From an uncultured Gemmatimonadaceae bacterium (GTDB lineage: Bacteria; Gemmatimonadota; Gemmatimonadetes; Gemmatimonadales; Gemmatimonadaceae), in contig CAWHHI010000020.1 in assembly GCA_963829055.1 (NCBI GenBank), positions 544,001 through 608,000 on the forward strand: a stretch of DNA of 64,000 nt, read 5' to 3'. The notes under the pieces are model-generated. The model made no database searches and was not told the origin of the DNA. It was given only the letters and a program-made list of their open reading frames with translations. The stretch's first letter is position 1, and every line of letters starts with the position of its first letter. Below are positions 61,460 through 64,000 of the stretch, piece by piece. A program made the translations under genes and the position numbers.

Positions 61460-63524
61460 GTGTGCGGTGCTGGCGGGAATCTACGGACGACCGGGGGAGA
61501 ATGCCTCGCGCGAGCTGCTGTGCGCGATGGCCGGCGAGCTGCGACATCGCGGCCCGGACGGGACCGGGCTCTACCTCGACCGCCAGTTCGGGATGGTCAA
61601 CACGCGACTCGCCATCATCGACCTCGCCGGCGGCGATCAGCCGCTGTCCGACGAGCGCGGCCGCTACTGGGTGATGCAGAACGGCGAGATCTTCAACTAC
61701 CCCGAGCTCCAGCGCGAGCTCGCGGCGCTCGGTCATCGCTTCGCGACGAACAGCGACACGGAAGTGCTCGCCCACGCCTACGAGGAATGGGGCGTCGACT
61801 GTCTCACGCGCCTGAATGGCGAGTTCGCGTTCGCCGTGTGGGATCGGGAGACTTGCGAGCTGTTCCTCGCCCGCGATCGATTCGGCATTCGACCGCTCTT
61901 TCTCCTCGAGAGTGGCGGCCGTCTCGCGTTCGCGTCCGAAGCCAAGGCGCTGCTCCGACATCCGGACGCGGTCCGCGCGCTCGACCCCGCGTCGCGATCG
62001 TTCAGGCCTTCACGCTCTGGGCGACCGAGCCCGACACGGTCATCGTTTCCCGGTATTCGCGAGCTTCCGCCCGGACACTGGCTGCGCGTGAGTGCCGCCG
62101 GGACGGTCGAGCGAGCGATGCTGGTGGGACCTGCGCTTCGCGTCGCCTAACGAGATGCGCGCCGGAGCCGGAGGATGTCCTCGTCGAGGAGCTGACTGCG
62201 CTGCTCGACGACGCGACACGACATCCGGCTGCGAGCCGACGTGCCGGTCGGCACGTACCTGAGCGGCGGTCTCGACTCGTCGGCGGTCACGGCGCTCGCC
62301 CAGCGACACACGCGCCACCCGGTGCACGCGTTCGCGATCGGCTTCACCGACGCCGCGTTCGACGAGACGGAGCATCAGGACCTCGTCGCGAACACGGCTC
62401 GGCACGGAAGTGACGCGCGTGATCGTCGACGGGCCGGCGATCGCCGAGCTCATGCCGCGCGTCGTGTTCCTCTCCGAGAAACCCACGCTCCGCACCGCAC
62501 CGGCGCCGCTGCTCAAGCTGTCGGAGACCGTGCGCGCGTCCGGGTACAAAGTCGTGCTCACTGGCGAAGGCGCGGACGAGATGTTCGCCGGCTACGACGT
62601 GTTCAAGCTCGACAAGGTGCGCCGGTTCTGGGCGCGGCGTCCGGACTCGCGATGCCGACCGCAGCTGCTCCGTCGACTGTACCCGTACCTCGCCCAGGAC
62701 CTCGGGCGTGCCGGGCGAGTCTCCTGCCTAAGGTCTTTCGCCGCCGGTCTCACGGAGACCGACGACCCGCTGTACAGCCATCGCACCCGGTTCGACCATG
62801 CGGCGCGCGCGCTTCGCTTTCTCGACCCCGAGCGTGCGAGACCGTGCGAACGCTGCCGGCGACCCGCGCGATGCCGTGTGCGCGCGCCTGCCCGAAGGCT
62901 TCGCGCGTTTCAGCGACGCTCGGGTCGCGCGCAGTACCTCGAGATCATCACGTTCCTCACCGGGTACCTGCTGCACTCGCAGGGCGACCGCATGTTGATG
63001 GGCAACTCGGTCGAGGGTCGATTCCCGTTCCTCGACCACCGCATTGCGGAATTCGCCGCGCGTCTCCCGGACGGCGCGAAGCTGAGCGGATTGCGCGAGA
63101 AGCATACTTCTGCGCCGTGCCGTTCGCCCGCTGCTGCCTGCCGACATCGTCGCTCGCGAGAAGCGTCCCTACCGGGCGCCGATCCTGCGCGCGTTCATGG
63201 GGCGCGGCGCGCCAGCGTACGTCAGCGAGCTGCTCGACAGTGAACGACTGCGCGAGCGCCGGCATCTTCGCGCCCAGCGCCGTGGAGCAACTCGTCCAGA
63301 AGTGCCGACGAAATGCCGACGGCTTCGTGAGCGAGAGCGATGAGATGTCGCTCGTGGGCGTGCTGTCCGTGATGCTGCTCGACGAGCAGTTCGTGCGCAA
63401 CCCGGTGCTCGCCGCTCCGGCGGAGCCGACCAAGGTCGTCATCGGCGCGACACTCGTCGCGCCCGCCTACCCGAAACTCCAAGGAGGAATGCGTGAGCCC
63501 GCGGGCACAGCGCCTATTGCATGA
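61460..63524 (+). CDS. asnB: Asparagine synthase (glutamine-hydrolysing) family amidotransferase, multiple frameshifts
   Basis: MCG Ntn start, HRGPDG, NGEIFNY, ARDRFGIRPL, YLSGGLDSS, LTGEGADEMFAGY, SVEGRFPFLD. Confidence 0.92.
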
Positions 63525-64000
63525 CGCGCTCGTGGCGTCGACGGACCGCAGCCCGGGAAAGGTCGCGGTACTCGCCGACGGCGCGGCGTACTCCTACGAG
63601 GCGCTCCTCGACGCGGCGCTCCGCTCGCCCGTGCGCTGCAGGACAACGGCGTTAGGCGCGGCGATCGGGTAGCCGTCTACCTCGAGAACTCCTGGCCGGC
63701 CGTCGTCGCGATCTACGGGACGCTGCTCTCGGGCGGCGTCCTCACGGTGCTCAATCCGCAGACGAAGGCCGAGAAGCTCGCCTACATGCTGCCGACAGCG
63801 AGGCGAGAGCGCTCGTGACCGAGCAGTCGCTCGCGCCCGTCTTCACCGCGGCGCTCGCGCAGGTGCCTAACGTGCGAGTGCGTGATCTGCAGCGGCGGCC
63901 TGCCGGACGACGGGCGTGACGTTGCAGCCGCTCGCGGCTACAGGCTGCTGGGGTTCGACGAGGCGCTCGCCAGCGCCGAGCCGCAGCCGTTGTCGCGTGG
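63493..64000 (+). CDS. AMP-binding adenylate-forming enzyme (acyl-CoA/ACP ligase), partial and frameshifted
   Basis: AAGGAGG RBS, GTG start; manual translation RLLHDAL...PGKVAV...YSYEAL, then GVRRGDRVAVYLENS...LNPQTKAEKLAYML. Confidence 0.85.

Overview
High-GC (roughly 68% by eye) bacterial chromosomal window. The gene families (PadR plus duplicated orphan permeases, BTAD/SARP-TolB-TPR regulators, TPR-CHAT) point to Gemmatimonadota or a similar soil lineage; this is inference. Scattered single-base frameshifts, dense after about 57 kb, suggest an unpolished long-read assembly. Content in order: M15 peptidase, ggt, pgl-zwf-gnd, SdpR/SdpI-like pair, PAP2, nth, M1 peptidase, fluoride riboswitch-crcB-DUF190, type III glutamine synthetase, Cys-rich GAF kinase plus NarL-type regulator, PadR-permease, SDR plus divergent QueA-like gene, M28 peptidase, exported TPR-CHAT protease/ECF sigma/Zn anti-sigma, pnuC-nadR, a six-gene exported-protein operon, two SARP-type regulators, PQQ dehydrogenase, three more orphan permeases, and the start of a surface-polysaccharide locus with an ACP/NadE-like/AsnB/adenylation cassette. 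The strongest unexplained signal is the non-palindromic motif (C)GTTAGG(C)/(G)CCTAAC(G). It occurs about 72 times (about 1 per 0.9 kb), equally on both strands and mostly inside genes through rare codons, much like DNA-uptake sequences or HIP1. Several intergenic repeat families are also present, including a composite element with filled and empty REP insertion sites. No CRISPR array, rRNA, tRNA or transposase was recognised.
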